Assembly: GCF_003918875.1 (NCBI RefSeq)
Contig: NW_025767079.1
Span: forward strand, 5,146,001-5,210,000
Origin: Haliotis rubra
Lineage: Eukaryota
Length of the DNA stretch: 64,000 nucleotides
Reading direction: 5' to 3'
A program made the translations under genes and the position numbers. A model generated the notes under the pieces. The model was not told the origin of the DNA and did no database searches. It was given only the letters and a program-made list of their open reading frames with translations. Positions 14,034-25,012 of this stretch are shown piece by piece. The stretch's first letter is position 1, and every line of letters begins with the position of its first letter.

Positions 14034-14967
14034 CTGATCCAAGGTGTTCCTAGGTGTTCCTTGGTGTTCCTAGGTGTTCCTATGTTGTCCAAGGTCCTCC
14101 TTGGTGTTTATATGTGTACAGAACTAAATCTCGGATGTTGAAACAAAATTTAAATTGTAAACTTTGATCATTATAAGAACAACGTGGAATAATAAATATG
14201 CAAGGAAAAACTGATATTGTTTTACATCTTTATGCGGTACAGACCATTTAATAGGTATACTCGAACAATATATTTATAGCACATGTTTTCATGGCAATTA
14301 TTTTTATACGTCCCTTTCCGTTGAGAAAGTTACCCGGTATCATACAGACGCGCCGTAAGAGAAGGGTTCCTGAAGAACAGGGCCCGCTTGATCAAAGCGA
14401 TCTAAACGCCACGAGATCCGTGTTAGAATTGATCTTCAGTAGCCCATGCTTTTCGTAAGAGGCAACTAACGGGATCGGGTGGTCAGACTCACTGACTTGG
14501 TTGACACATGTGATCGTATCCCAATTGCGTAGATCGATGCTCATGATGTTGATCACCGAATTGTCTGGTCCAGACTCGATTATTTACCTACCGCCGCCAT
14601 ATAGCTGGAATATAGCTGAGTGCAGCGTAAAACTAAACTCATTCACTCTCTCACTCACTTAGCGCCACGATGATCGTAACTCCCATTCGCTAACACAGCC
14701 TTAAGATGGTCGTAGCCCTAAGGTCGCTTTCTGCAAGCGACTTCTGATACCCAACATACAGGTAAGGACCTGACTGACAGGTACTGTTGTCCTACTCTAT
14801 TCATTGTTAATCGGCAACATTTCTGGTTGATGCATCCGTGGTCTGCCAACATCCCTGACTAAATAAATCCTGAATCACCTTGGTCACAATCGGTTCGTGA
14901 ATCATGTGCATGTCCTTACTAAATGTCAGGTCCTCTGAACTCAGTAAGCTCACTCCTCAACTCCAAT

Positions 14968-16689
14968 TTAGTTTTTCAGTTTCCATGTTCGCGGCTCCCG
15001 CCTCTTTCCCCACTGCCACAACTGGATATCGGTGTTGTTACAAGTCTCGGTAATAAGAATCATGTAGTTGGTGTCCACACTTAGACAGAGGCCACTGGCG
15101 GACACAACTGGACCGTGTCCATCAGCAGTTGGATCATAACGCCACTTTTGATTCATCTGATCTTCGTCACATATTGCCATGGCAACAGGTCCCGTAGCTT
15201 CCTGGAAACAAAACATGTAGTTCTTGATTTCCCTGAGTTCCGTGTAGTCCCATAGTTGGTTTCCAAGCTTTCCGTGGCACGGAATCAAAACAATGGGTGA
15301 TTCCAACCTATTTCTCTCAAAAGCGTCATGAATGCAAAACGTCCTCAAACCAACATTCCGCATCTCGCCAGTATATATCCCATCTCCAACAATGTAAGAC
15401 TCGGGGCTGACGTTGGCAAGGTACCATTCAAACGAATGGCAGTGCAGATCCTGTCTTAGCTTAACCCTGTCAGAGACGTCGCCGATATCAGCCAAGGAAC
15501 CGTCAAAGTTACGGGCGAAGATGTTGTAGCTGTCCATCCAGACGTTGGCGATTCTGGCAATGTTTCGACTGTAGAAATGTGGATTGGTGTCGTAGTATTT
15601 ATTGCGATGGAACATATGGCCAACATTGGAGCAGGGGACTAGCTCCAGTCCTCCCCCACACATCCAGGTTTTAAGGGAGAGTTCTGTGTTCTCTGCACCC
15701 CACACCTCCAAGCCGGGGTCAAACTGTCCCAGTTTCCGAAACCATCTTTGACTGACAGCAAATACGCATCCTACCATTGCAGGAGAACGGTAGGTGTCTG
15801 TTGGTCGTTTTCGTCTTAATTGTTCTCGCTGTGGAACCCTCGTCCAAGCAAATCGTAGTTCAGGGAAAGACACCCACTGTAACCGGATATCCTTTGTCAG
15901 GTCAATTCCGAAGTCCAAGGGGTTAACACCGTGTATCAAAGGAGTGGTGATTATAGTATCATTTTCGGCGATCCTTGTCACCAGTGGTTCCAGCCAGCCA
16001 GGAAAACATTCACAATGTGCGTCCATGAACACTGCTACAGGAGCCGTAGACTGTTCAAATCCCACCATCCGCGCTCTTATCAAACCCTGCCTGGACTCAG
16101 CTCGCAGTAGCTGCACTTTGCTGAATCTGGACACATACTCCTCCAACGGTTCCTTCAGAACCTCGTCTGTAGATGCATCGTCCACTAAGATGATCTCCTT
16201 GATAAGATGAGGTGGAGTGTTGTCCATGATGCTGTGGATAGTCCGTAACAGGACTGACCAGTGCTCGTTGTGGAAGATGATGACCACACTGGTTTCAGGG
16301 AGGTTGAGGTCTGTGTACAGCGAATGACATCCCTTAAGACGGATATCAGGCAGAGATCTCTGGAGAGGTATGAGACTACTGATATAAGTCGAGTACTCCC
16401 GGTCCTCGAAACTCCTCCGGAACTTTTTGGCTTCTTCCATGGGAAGTTTCCTCACATCTAACACCAATCCTGTGCCATTGACTCCTGGATCCATCAGGTC
16501 CATTTGGGCAAACACGAGTTTCACATTGGGATCGTCGGGGTTGTGAAGACGTAACAAGGGATCTGGCAATTCCAGAGACAACTCACTGTGGTTCTTCCCT
16601 AAACTGTACATCAGAGCGACTACGGCGCTTATTAATAAACCAACCAATGCGATTAGTCGTGTCCTTGGACGTGCGCATGGTAAGGTCAT
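14968..16689 (-). CDS. GALNT: Polypeptide N-acetylgalactosaminyltransferase (GT27), uninterrupted 573-aa CDS
   Basis: First ATG at 16689 (the ORF track starts at an upstream TTG). Type II anchor LIALVGLLISAVVALM, SVVIIFHNE, EIILVDDAS, GLIRAR, DxH motif (FMDAHCEC), WGAENTELS, PCSNVGH, and a C-terminal ricin-type lectin with QxW repeats (CHGKLGNQLW, NQKW, IQLW). Subfamily not assignable. Confidence 0.95.
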   Translation of the reverse strand: MTLPCARPRTRLIALVGLLISAVVALMYSLGKNHSELSLELPDPLLRLHNPDDPNVKLVFAQMDLMDPGVNGTGLVLDVRKLPMEEAKKFRRSFEDREYSTYISSLIPLQRSLPDIRLKGCHSLYTDLNLPETSVVIIFHNEHWSVLLRTIHSIMDNTPPHLIKEIILVDDASTDEVLKEPLEEYVSRFSKVQLLRAESRQGLIRARMVGFEQSTAPVAVFMDAHCECFPGWLEPLVTRIAENDTIITTPLIHGVNPLDFGIDLTKDIRLQWVSFPELRFAWTRVPQREQLRRKRPTDTYRSPAMVGCVFAVSQRWFRKLGQFDPGLEVWGAENTELSLKTWMCGGGLELVPCSNVGHMFHRNKYYDTNPHFYSRNIARIANVWMDSYNIFARNFDGSLADIGDVSDRVKLRQDLHCHSFEWYLANVSPESYIVGDGIYTGEMRNVGLRTFCIHDAFERNRLESPIVLIPCHGKLGNQLWDYTELREIKNYMFCFQEATGPVAMAICDEDQMNQKWRYDPTADGHGPVVSASGLCLSVDTNYMILITETCNNTDIQLWQWGKRREPRTWKLKN

Positions 16690-17332
16690 GATGCACACAC
16701 TTCTCAGCCACTGTGGTGAACGTTCAGCAAGTCGCACTGTGATAATCAAAGGTATTGCAAACAGTTAAATCTAGACATGCGTGCATATTCCTCCGTTGTG
16801 TCATAAACTATTCACAAACAGCCTCCTATGAATGGGTGCTTTGATATATCGAAATGGCAACGAGCATAACTATCGATCTTCAGAAAATCTATCACGTTGC
16901 ACTAGGGAACAATACATAAAAGTAGTACTAAAAAAAAATGTCTATAACATATAAAAACGGAACGAGATAAATATTGAGCATCTTGGTATTTCGCTCAATA
17001 TGTATTACTTAAGCACAGACAAACACAGCAGTAAAATTTAGATCAGCTGGCCAGTTGGCTTGCCATGTGTTTGTTGTGTGTCTCAACGGTGGGGTAGGGT
17101 GACCTGACGAAATAATTCATGGGTAATTATTTTTATTTAAATCTTTGGATACACAATGAGATACCATCATTCCATTTCAAAATCATAAAATATCTCGCAG
17201 TGGGTATATACCAGTCTATTTAACTGACATCAGATCCTCTGCATTATAGATGTGACACTGTCTATGAAATATTAATTCATAGAACCCAATGCTACTGCAA
17301 AAATAACCGCGCGGGCACGTACGCACACACGC

Positions 17333-17369
<37 letters not shown>

Positions 17370-19266
17370 TGCATGGCCGAGACGAGTGAGTGAGTGAGTG
17401 AGTGAGTCACAAATAAGACCAAAACTCTGATGGAGATAGACATTTCAGAATTTCCTCTATCACTAACATCTGGAAGCGAAGTGATTGATTTGGATTCCTG
17501 CTGCCAAAAATTTAACCGAACAACCTCAAGGTTGAAAGTGCACATTACGTGCACAGAAACTAAACGAACACGAAACAATCTTCTTTTATGCCCATGCAGA
17601 CTACACCCAATGATTGTTAATGCAGTGCAACATTAAGATAATTTATGCGACAAAACCTTCCCACATCCACGGTAAATGTCTCCTGAAAGTATGGCTATGC
17701 CATGAGCTTGTGTTTATGAATCACCATGAAACAGTGATGATATCAGGTACGCGAACAGGTGAGCGTATCAATTGGTGGCACATGCCATAAACACATGCAA
17801 AGGCTGGTCAATTTTTCACCTGAAAGAATACGAGAACATATTGGACAATTTAACCTGGGGATTTAAATCGGAAATAATGATTGTTACTATGTGTCAGATT
17901 TCATTATGTCCTCCACAAAGCGTTTGTAACGTTGATCAGCTTATGAGCTGAAGACGTATACCGATCATCGCGATCTGGGTGAAATGACTGCTCTCGATTG
18001 TTCCTCAAAAGTAATGAAATATTGACATCAGAGTCTGGAGCTGACAAATATTGCTCGACATAAGGGGAAAGTTGAAGTCATCACTCTCATAAAGTTTTCT
18101 GGTGAGTTGTTTTGTCACTCTCGATAAACAAGCACTAAACGAGGAAATGCAAGACAATATGGTCAAAGGGTAGTTAGTCTGTTGGTCCTTGGTTCCAATT
18201 GTAACTGACCACCATTATGCTCCACATTAAGCTGTCGTGATATAACTGTTGGCTTTCAACATACAACCCAATAGCTGAAATAGACAAATGTGGAACAGTT
18301 AGCTAGCATGGAGAAATTGGCATGGCTGCGAGGCGATGTGGATTCTGGGCTTCTGTTAGTTTCTACAGGTGCAACTCGGATCAGGAGCGTTGTTTCCGAA
18401 TCAGACCAGATTTTGATGTTCAGTAGGACTGTATGTTTGTTTCTTTGTTTTGTTTGTTGTGTTACTGCTATATGGTGGCAGTCTGTAAATAATCGAGTTT
18501 GGACCAGACAATCAAATGATCAATAGCATGAGCATCAACCAAGTCAGCGAGCCTGACCTTACGATCCCGCATGTGTACTGGAGTCTTTGAATGTCATTTA
18601 GAATGGTAGAATAACGTGGACTGTTTACTGAAATAATTTTCCAATTCAACTTCAAGATCATTTGGGTTATTACTCGAATCCATAACGAAATGATAACATC
18701 CGTTGGTATGTTAATGCTAACTATTCTGTAATATAATGCGTCATGCCGAAGACCCGGGTTCGAATCCCTACAGGGGTACAATGTGTGAAGCCCATTTCTG
18801 GTGTCCCCCGCCGTGATGTTGCTGGAATATTGCTGAAAGCGGCGTATAACCAAACTCAGTCAGTCAGTGTAATATAATAATTGTTTGGTTGTTTTATTGA
18901 ATAATAATATCCACAAAATATATTTACAAATGAAATGCCAAATAATGTCAATCATTTTCTGGAAGCCAATGTTGTTCATAAGATATTATATTCAAATCAC
19001 TCAAACATGTCATCTTCATTATTGCTGGTGCAATATCTTGAAAGCTGCCAACATTTGCATGGTGTTTGCACTGAATGGATTACATCTGGACCAATTGTGC
19101 TCGGACAAAGACTCTTTTATGAGAATTGGCCGAACATCTGTCGCAATTGACAGAAAGATCAATGGTTGATTATATTTAAATCGCAATCGCGTCACCCACG
19201 TCTACATTTGTCTTGTGGTAACGACGTGCGCAGCACCAACTCCGTTGCAACTGTACAGCATCCACC

Positions 19267-21224
19267 ATGGCTCGTCTCCTGCTAGTCGCCACCCTGGCCG
19301 CTCTTGCCTCACTGGCAGCATGCCAAAGTAAGTTTTGTTCTTAATGCCATAGCCAACAGGTTTACAATTCCACCTCTAATTGACATTTGCAGAATTTGTC
19401 AAATCACACATGTGGGTTTCAGGAGATGTGTAACTTCGTTTCACGAACTTGAACAGTATTTTTAAGTTAAGCAATTTTTTCATATTCTTGGGGAATTTTC
19501 ATTCGAAATCATCTTCCCAATATTCAATAGTAAATGTGGCTGCCACTATTCGAAAGCGTTCAAATTGTCTCACCCATATAATCACAAAATAATTTCCTTT
19601 GTATCTTCCTCCCGTAAAAGTATCTTTTTGAAAGTCCGTATTCTTAGTTTCTTAAAACTATTTTTCGTTTCTTAAACATAATTATTTGACAATCACATGC
19701 GGCGGTGTTTTTTCACTCAGTAACCATGACCGTAAATTATTCCTTCGTTCATCGACTCAAGTCCTCACCTTGAAAGAGTTTAGGAAAGTACAGGACAAGA
19801 CACAACAATGGCATTTTTGGTGCACGGGATCAGCATAATTTAAGATATCAGCAACCTATTTTCAAAATGAATTGAAAGTTTTAAGATATGTTCGAATTAA
19901 TAGTAAAATATAAACATCGGCAGTGCACTGAAGGCAACAAATATTATCATTGTCAGACATATTTTAGACATACTTGCTGAGTCAGACAAGGATGCGGGTT
20001 AGGTCCGTGACTTTTTATTGACGAATTAATGTTGCATGTGAACATATCTTTAGGAGATGGAATTTCGATTCCGAAGAATATAGAAAAGTGTCTCAGTATT
20101 ATCTTACAGAATTATCTCAAGTTACCTTGAATCATATGAATTTTTGAACGGTATATTGTGTAAGATGTGTTACATATCCGATAAAATCATCTTATGAGAG
20201 GTAATATCTCCGCAGTGTAATCATGGTCTACATGGCAGTTTGTTTATAAGAATCTGTTTGCGCCTGTGTTTAAATCGAAAACGTCAACGACAGCCCAACC
20301 CAGAAGACCTACCGCTTCCACATATTGCACAAACAAGCTGTTTGTTGCCTGCAATCGCACAGCAATAACAGGCGTGAAGACTTTATTTTGGAAGGATATA
20401 AACATTTTTTAAAATATTGCAAGCAAGACTAAGTGGACGAAGGCACCGCACTTCAGTGTAGGATTCTATCCCTTTTGGCGAGACAGGATCCTATGATGGT
20501 GATCCTCATAAGTTAGAAGGTGCACAGCTCCAAATCCTTTGTCATTTCCGGCCCTCTCAGGCATGAGCAGACATGGAGTGACATTTCTACATTACTCTTT
20601 TGTTTGATGAGAGGAGCGTGTGAAAAAATCCAGCATATTTATGTTTTATATTGAGACTAACCTTTTCTTCACAAATGAAATATTGAGAAAAAGACTCAGA
20701 AAAAAGCCTTATGTAAAAGACCTACTTCCTTGCCAAACCTTTGGCGAGCCAGGATCCTGTGATTGTAGGTTGCCAGGAATGTACTCTAGTGTTTTAGCAA
20801 ACGTTGCAAACGTCTCAGACTTCAATTTGGGCTTCACAGATATACTTTTCAATTCCCCCTTCAATCAGATACCATGTCAAGAAAGTATGAATATAATTCA
20901 CGTATCATATTTATTGATATTGGCATTTTCTTCACAGCTGACTGTTACACCAAGCAAGACTTTACAGCAGTGTACGGTGGCACCGTAGCTGTGACCGACG
21001 AAGGCGTTCAATGCCAGTCCTGGTCCAGCAAGACACCAAACAATCACGCCTTTCTCCCTGAGCACTTCGACGTCACCAACGGTGCAAAGTCCTCCGACTA
21101 TCCTGGGAACTACTGCCGGGACCCATCTGGAAATGGCTCGCCCTCACTTGGATTTCTCTGGTGCTACACAGCTACTGGAACAGGCTGGGGGACATGTGAT
21201 ATTCATAAGTGTCATGATCAATAA
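19267..21224 (+). CDS. Secreted stand-alone kringle protein 2 (115 aa; exons 19267-19327, 20938-21224)
   Basis: Exon 1 encodes MARLLLVATLAALASLAACQ followed by A|GTAAG. Acceptor ttttcttcacAG at 20937, phase 1. Exon 2 reads DCYTKQ..CQSW..NYCRDP..LWCYT..WGTC..KC. AATAAA at 21284. Confidence 0.9.
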
Positions 21225-21901
21225 CTGTACATTAATGAAGCATGAACTTTAAAACAAGTTGGAATCGTGGATCTCGTTTCAAAAATAAATCTGAATTGAC
21301 AAAAATATATCTTGCGTCTGTTTTCCATGTTCTTGTGGGCCCTAATATATTCGAATGTTATTCATTCATTCATTCACTCATTCATTCATCCACCACTCAG
21401 TGACTCATTCATTGTGTTTACTTATTCATTTTAATTTGTTTTAGGTTTTTAATTTATTTATTTATTTAATTTTTTTTCAATTCGTTTATTTATTTTCTTG
21501 GGGGGGTGGGGGTGGGGGTTCGCTGCAATCTGAAATCGAGTGGGTGATTTGGGTTTAGGTTAACAAGAATTGAACAGGCGAACCTCTTGGTTAAGAATCC
21601 ACATTATATTATTTATATATAATTAACCCCAAAGCCACCGAAAGAATTAAATAGGTAAACAACAACAAAACAGCACTGAGACAGTCTGTTTTTGGATATA
21701 CGTAAAGATGCGGAGAGGCAAACACACAAGCGAGAGGAATGACTTCAACGTTCCAATATTCAACGTTCCCTTTATGCAAATCAGTAACAGTACAACATTT
21801 CCTTCATTTGATATAAGGGCCAAAAGCATCACTTTGGTTTTTCTTTCCTCATTCAAGCCATGACTCCTACACTCACGAAACGTAAATTCTGTATCACGTA
21901 T

Positions 21902-22294
21902 CATGTGCGAAATAGCCACTGGCCCTCTAGCCTGTGGCTAGCAAAAATCCAGTCGAGTAAACAGGCCAGTAAATCTTCACAGTCACTGGCCCGACTGGCT
22001 AGTGAAGTTACATGGGTGAGTTTGTAAAACTATCACTCTCTCCGCCTTGTTAGGTTATAATACAATTTTTAATCATGCAAGATTATGGCCTGAAAGAAAT
22101 GTTCAACATATTTTAACAGCTTAATTATAAAACCCGTGTCATGCCGACAATTTCTTATTCTCTCTATGTTGTAATCTTTTGCTTAGTTTCAACATTCATA
22201 TTTTGAGCTAGTGGGATTTTTGTGGGCTAGTAGCTTTCAGGCATGTCTAGCCCGACTGTCTAGAAAATTTGGAAAATATATATTTCGCACACTG
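21902..22294. mobile_element. Possible hAT-like non-autonomous element
   Basis: Termini ca(g)tgtgcgaaata / tatttcgcacactg with ggctag subterminal motifs. The TSD is not clean. Confidence 0.45.
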
Positions 22295-25012
22295 ACCACG
22301 TGCCTCGACAAGGCCGATGATGGTCGTAGTATTCAGTATTCCAGTACACAAATGACCTCATCATTTTCTCTTCTCGTTCTATCAATATAGGTGTACATAA
22401 CATATGTTATATATGGGATTACACTTTCTTAGTAAAGTACAAATTCTAGTACTTTTTCTAGTACTACTTCTAGTACCACACCCTCAGAGTCGGGCACCTA
22501 ATCGCCAGCACACAAAGTCAGACGCCTAGATCACTCAGCCACCGTACCAATAACTTTCCATAAGGCGTGCCAGAAACCAAAAGTCGTGGGTTCGAATCCT
22601 GATACTCTAGGTTTGTCTGCACCATTCTAGACAAACGCTTAGTCTCTGGACGTAAACATATTTTTATAGAAACAAACAATTCTTTTCAATTTGAAAAGGA
22701 GAAGGGGGGTTCACCTGAGGAAATCTAGACTTGTTTCGTTTCGGGCATAACCATTGCAGAAAGGATTAGGCAGAAGGGGAAATAATACGGTAGAGTGACT
22801 GTGAGACAGACTAGCACCGCACCTGTTTTTATGGGCTTCGTGAAATTGGTTAAAGCATGTAACTTCAACACTGTTAACAACAATATTGAAATTAATTCAG
22901 TAACTTACTTAATAATTAGTAATACTTACTTAATGATATCGTGGTTTTTAGAATACAGCAACCTAAAATCGAGTGAGTATGGGTTTACACCGTTGTGGGC
23001 AATATTCCAGCAATATCACGATAAGACACCAGGAATGGGCTTCACAAATTTAACCTATGTGGAGAATGGAACCAAAAGATTGCAGCGTGACGAGCGAAAG
23101 CTTTTACCATTGGACTACCCTACCGCCTCGGAACCGTAAACGAGACAAAGGAATGATGAAGTTCCAAATGTGATTTATACACTGTAACTACCATGGTCAC
23201 TATGAAAGAGTGAGCGATGTTAGTTTTACGCCGCTTTTAGCATTATTCTCGCAGAGACATTACGACAGGGCACTCCAGAAATGGAATATCCATGTGGGGA
23301 AGATACCTCGGCTCTTGACGAGCGGACGCTTCGACCATTACTCTACCCCACCGCACTCACGATCAAAGAAACCGGGGGTAGTGAGTGTAAGTAATGAAAT
23401 GACAATCATAAGAGGTATTCAACACTGTGAATGCCATCTTCATTTTACCGATTGACGTGCAAGAATCCTTGCATATGAGTTGTATTCTTGTTGAAAGAAT
23501 TGGCAAATATTCCAAATTTTCCGTGAGACTGTGTTGTGATAATTGGCAATCATCCACACAGTTTTTATGTACGGCTTGATGCAACCATCCACATATAAAT
23601 ACAATTATACTAATATAAAAGTGAATATCAATCAGTGCCATCTTTTATACTTTTTAACATTGTATTGCTATTTGTAGGTAATGGCTGTGTTGCAGTAGAA
23701 ATTCACTTTTTGTGACCTATTTTTACAAGCTGATAAGATTTTATATTTCCGGCATCATCGCCCATCAGCCTTTCTTCATATAACAGACTTAGCAGTAATA
23801 CTACACGTAGATATGGTTACATATAGAATAGAAATAAATGTCATGTTTATACATGTGGAATGTAAACTTAAGGGAAAGCACTTAAAATGTCGATTACAAA
23901 TCGTCAACAATGCGACCTGGAATGTTCCATCATCTGATCTCACCCCCTGTCTGCAGATGTCATCCCTAGATAAGACCCGTGAAGATCCGGGTTAGAATTT
24001 ATATTCAGTAACCCATGCGTGTCGTAAGAGGCGACCTACGGGATCGGATTGTCAGCCTCGCTGACTTGGTTGACACATGTCATCGTATCCCAATTGCGTA
24101 GATCGACGCTCATGACGTCAATCACTGGATTGTCTGGTCCAGACTCCATTATTAACAGATCAGGTTTGGAAATACACACGACAAAACACTATCAAACTAG
24201 TGATGAAACCTGTTACGCGAGCAGGTGAGCTTATTCTGCCCCACCCGTAACGATCCTTTGCATATTATTGTTTATAACGGGGTGGTGGGGTAGCATAGTG
24301 GTTAAAGCGTTCGCTCGTCACGCCAAAAACACGGGTTCGATTCCCCATAGTGTATAGAATGTGTGGAATATTCCTAAAGTTTCATAAAACTAAACTCACT
24401 CACTCACAGTTGTTTACAACGAATCCGAGGTATATCTACAGCACTTACCCAATCCCAGCGAAAATAAAATTGATCTTATTACCCAATTTCATGACGGAAT
24501 GTGAACAATATCAGCAGCTGTTTCTTTAATGGACAGGATAATGTGTATCAAATTTGAATTATCAGCCACAATGTCCAATCATGTTAACTTCCCAGTCAAG
24601 TGAAACACATTAAAGTTTTAATATCCCGAAAATCTGTCAACGATTTAAATGTTAGAGTGTGATGCGTTCACAAGCCAATCATTCTCTGGTTACGTAGGTG
24701 ATACTACGAAATTATATTCCAAACATTTACGCTTCTCGTTACTGCCACACCCTGGTACAATATTTTAATAGATGTCTAAAGACGTATGGAATTTATGGAT
24801 TTTAGCAAGCCTTCTTTTCTCGAACAAAGACTCCTTCATAAGTATGTCACAATTACGTTGGCCGAACATCTGTCACGTATGACAGAAAGGTTAATGGGGA
24901 ATTCATTTTCAATAGAAATCCATCTACATAAACAATTGTGTGAATGTCACGTCGCGTGTGTTGACTTCTCCGGTGAAAACCACAATAAGGCGATCAGTGA
25001 ACAGCATCCACC

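Noticed and set aside
15794-16461. Plus-strand ORFs within GALNT, and antisense ORFs in the TLR and GPCR
   Set aside because: Antisense shadows of real CDSs with no recognisable motifs.
19488-19502. NF-kB-like sites near the kringle genes and TLR (e.g. ggggaattttc, gggatttgcc at about 40013)
   Set aside because: Imperfect matches expected by chance and not positionally conserved across the three paralogues.
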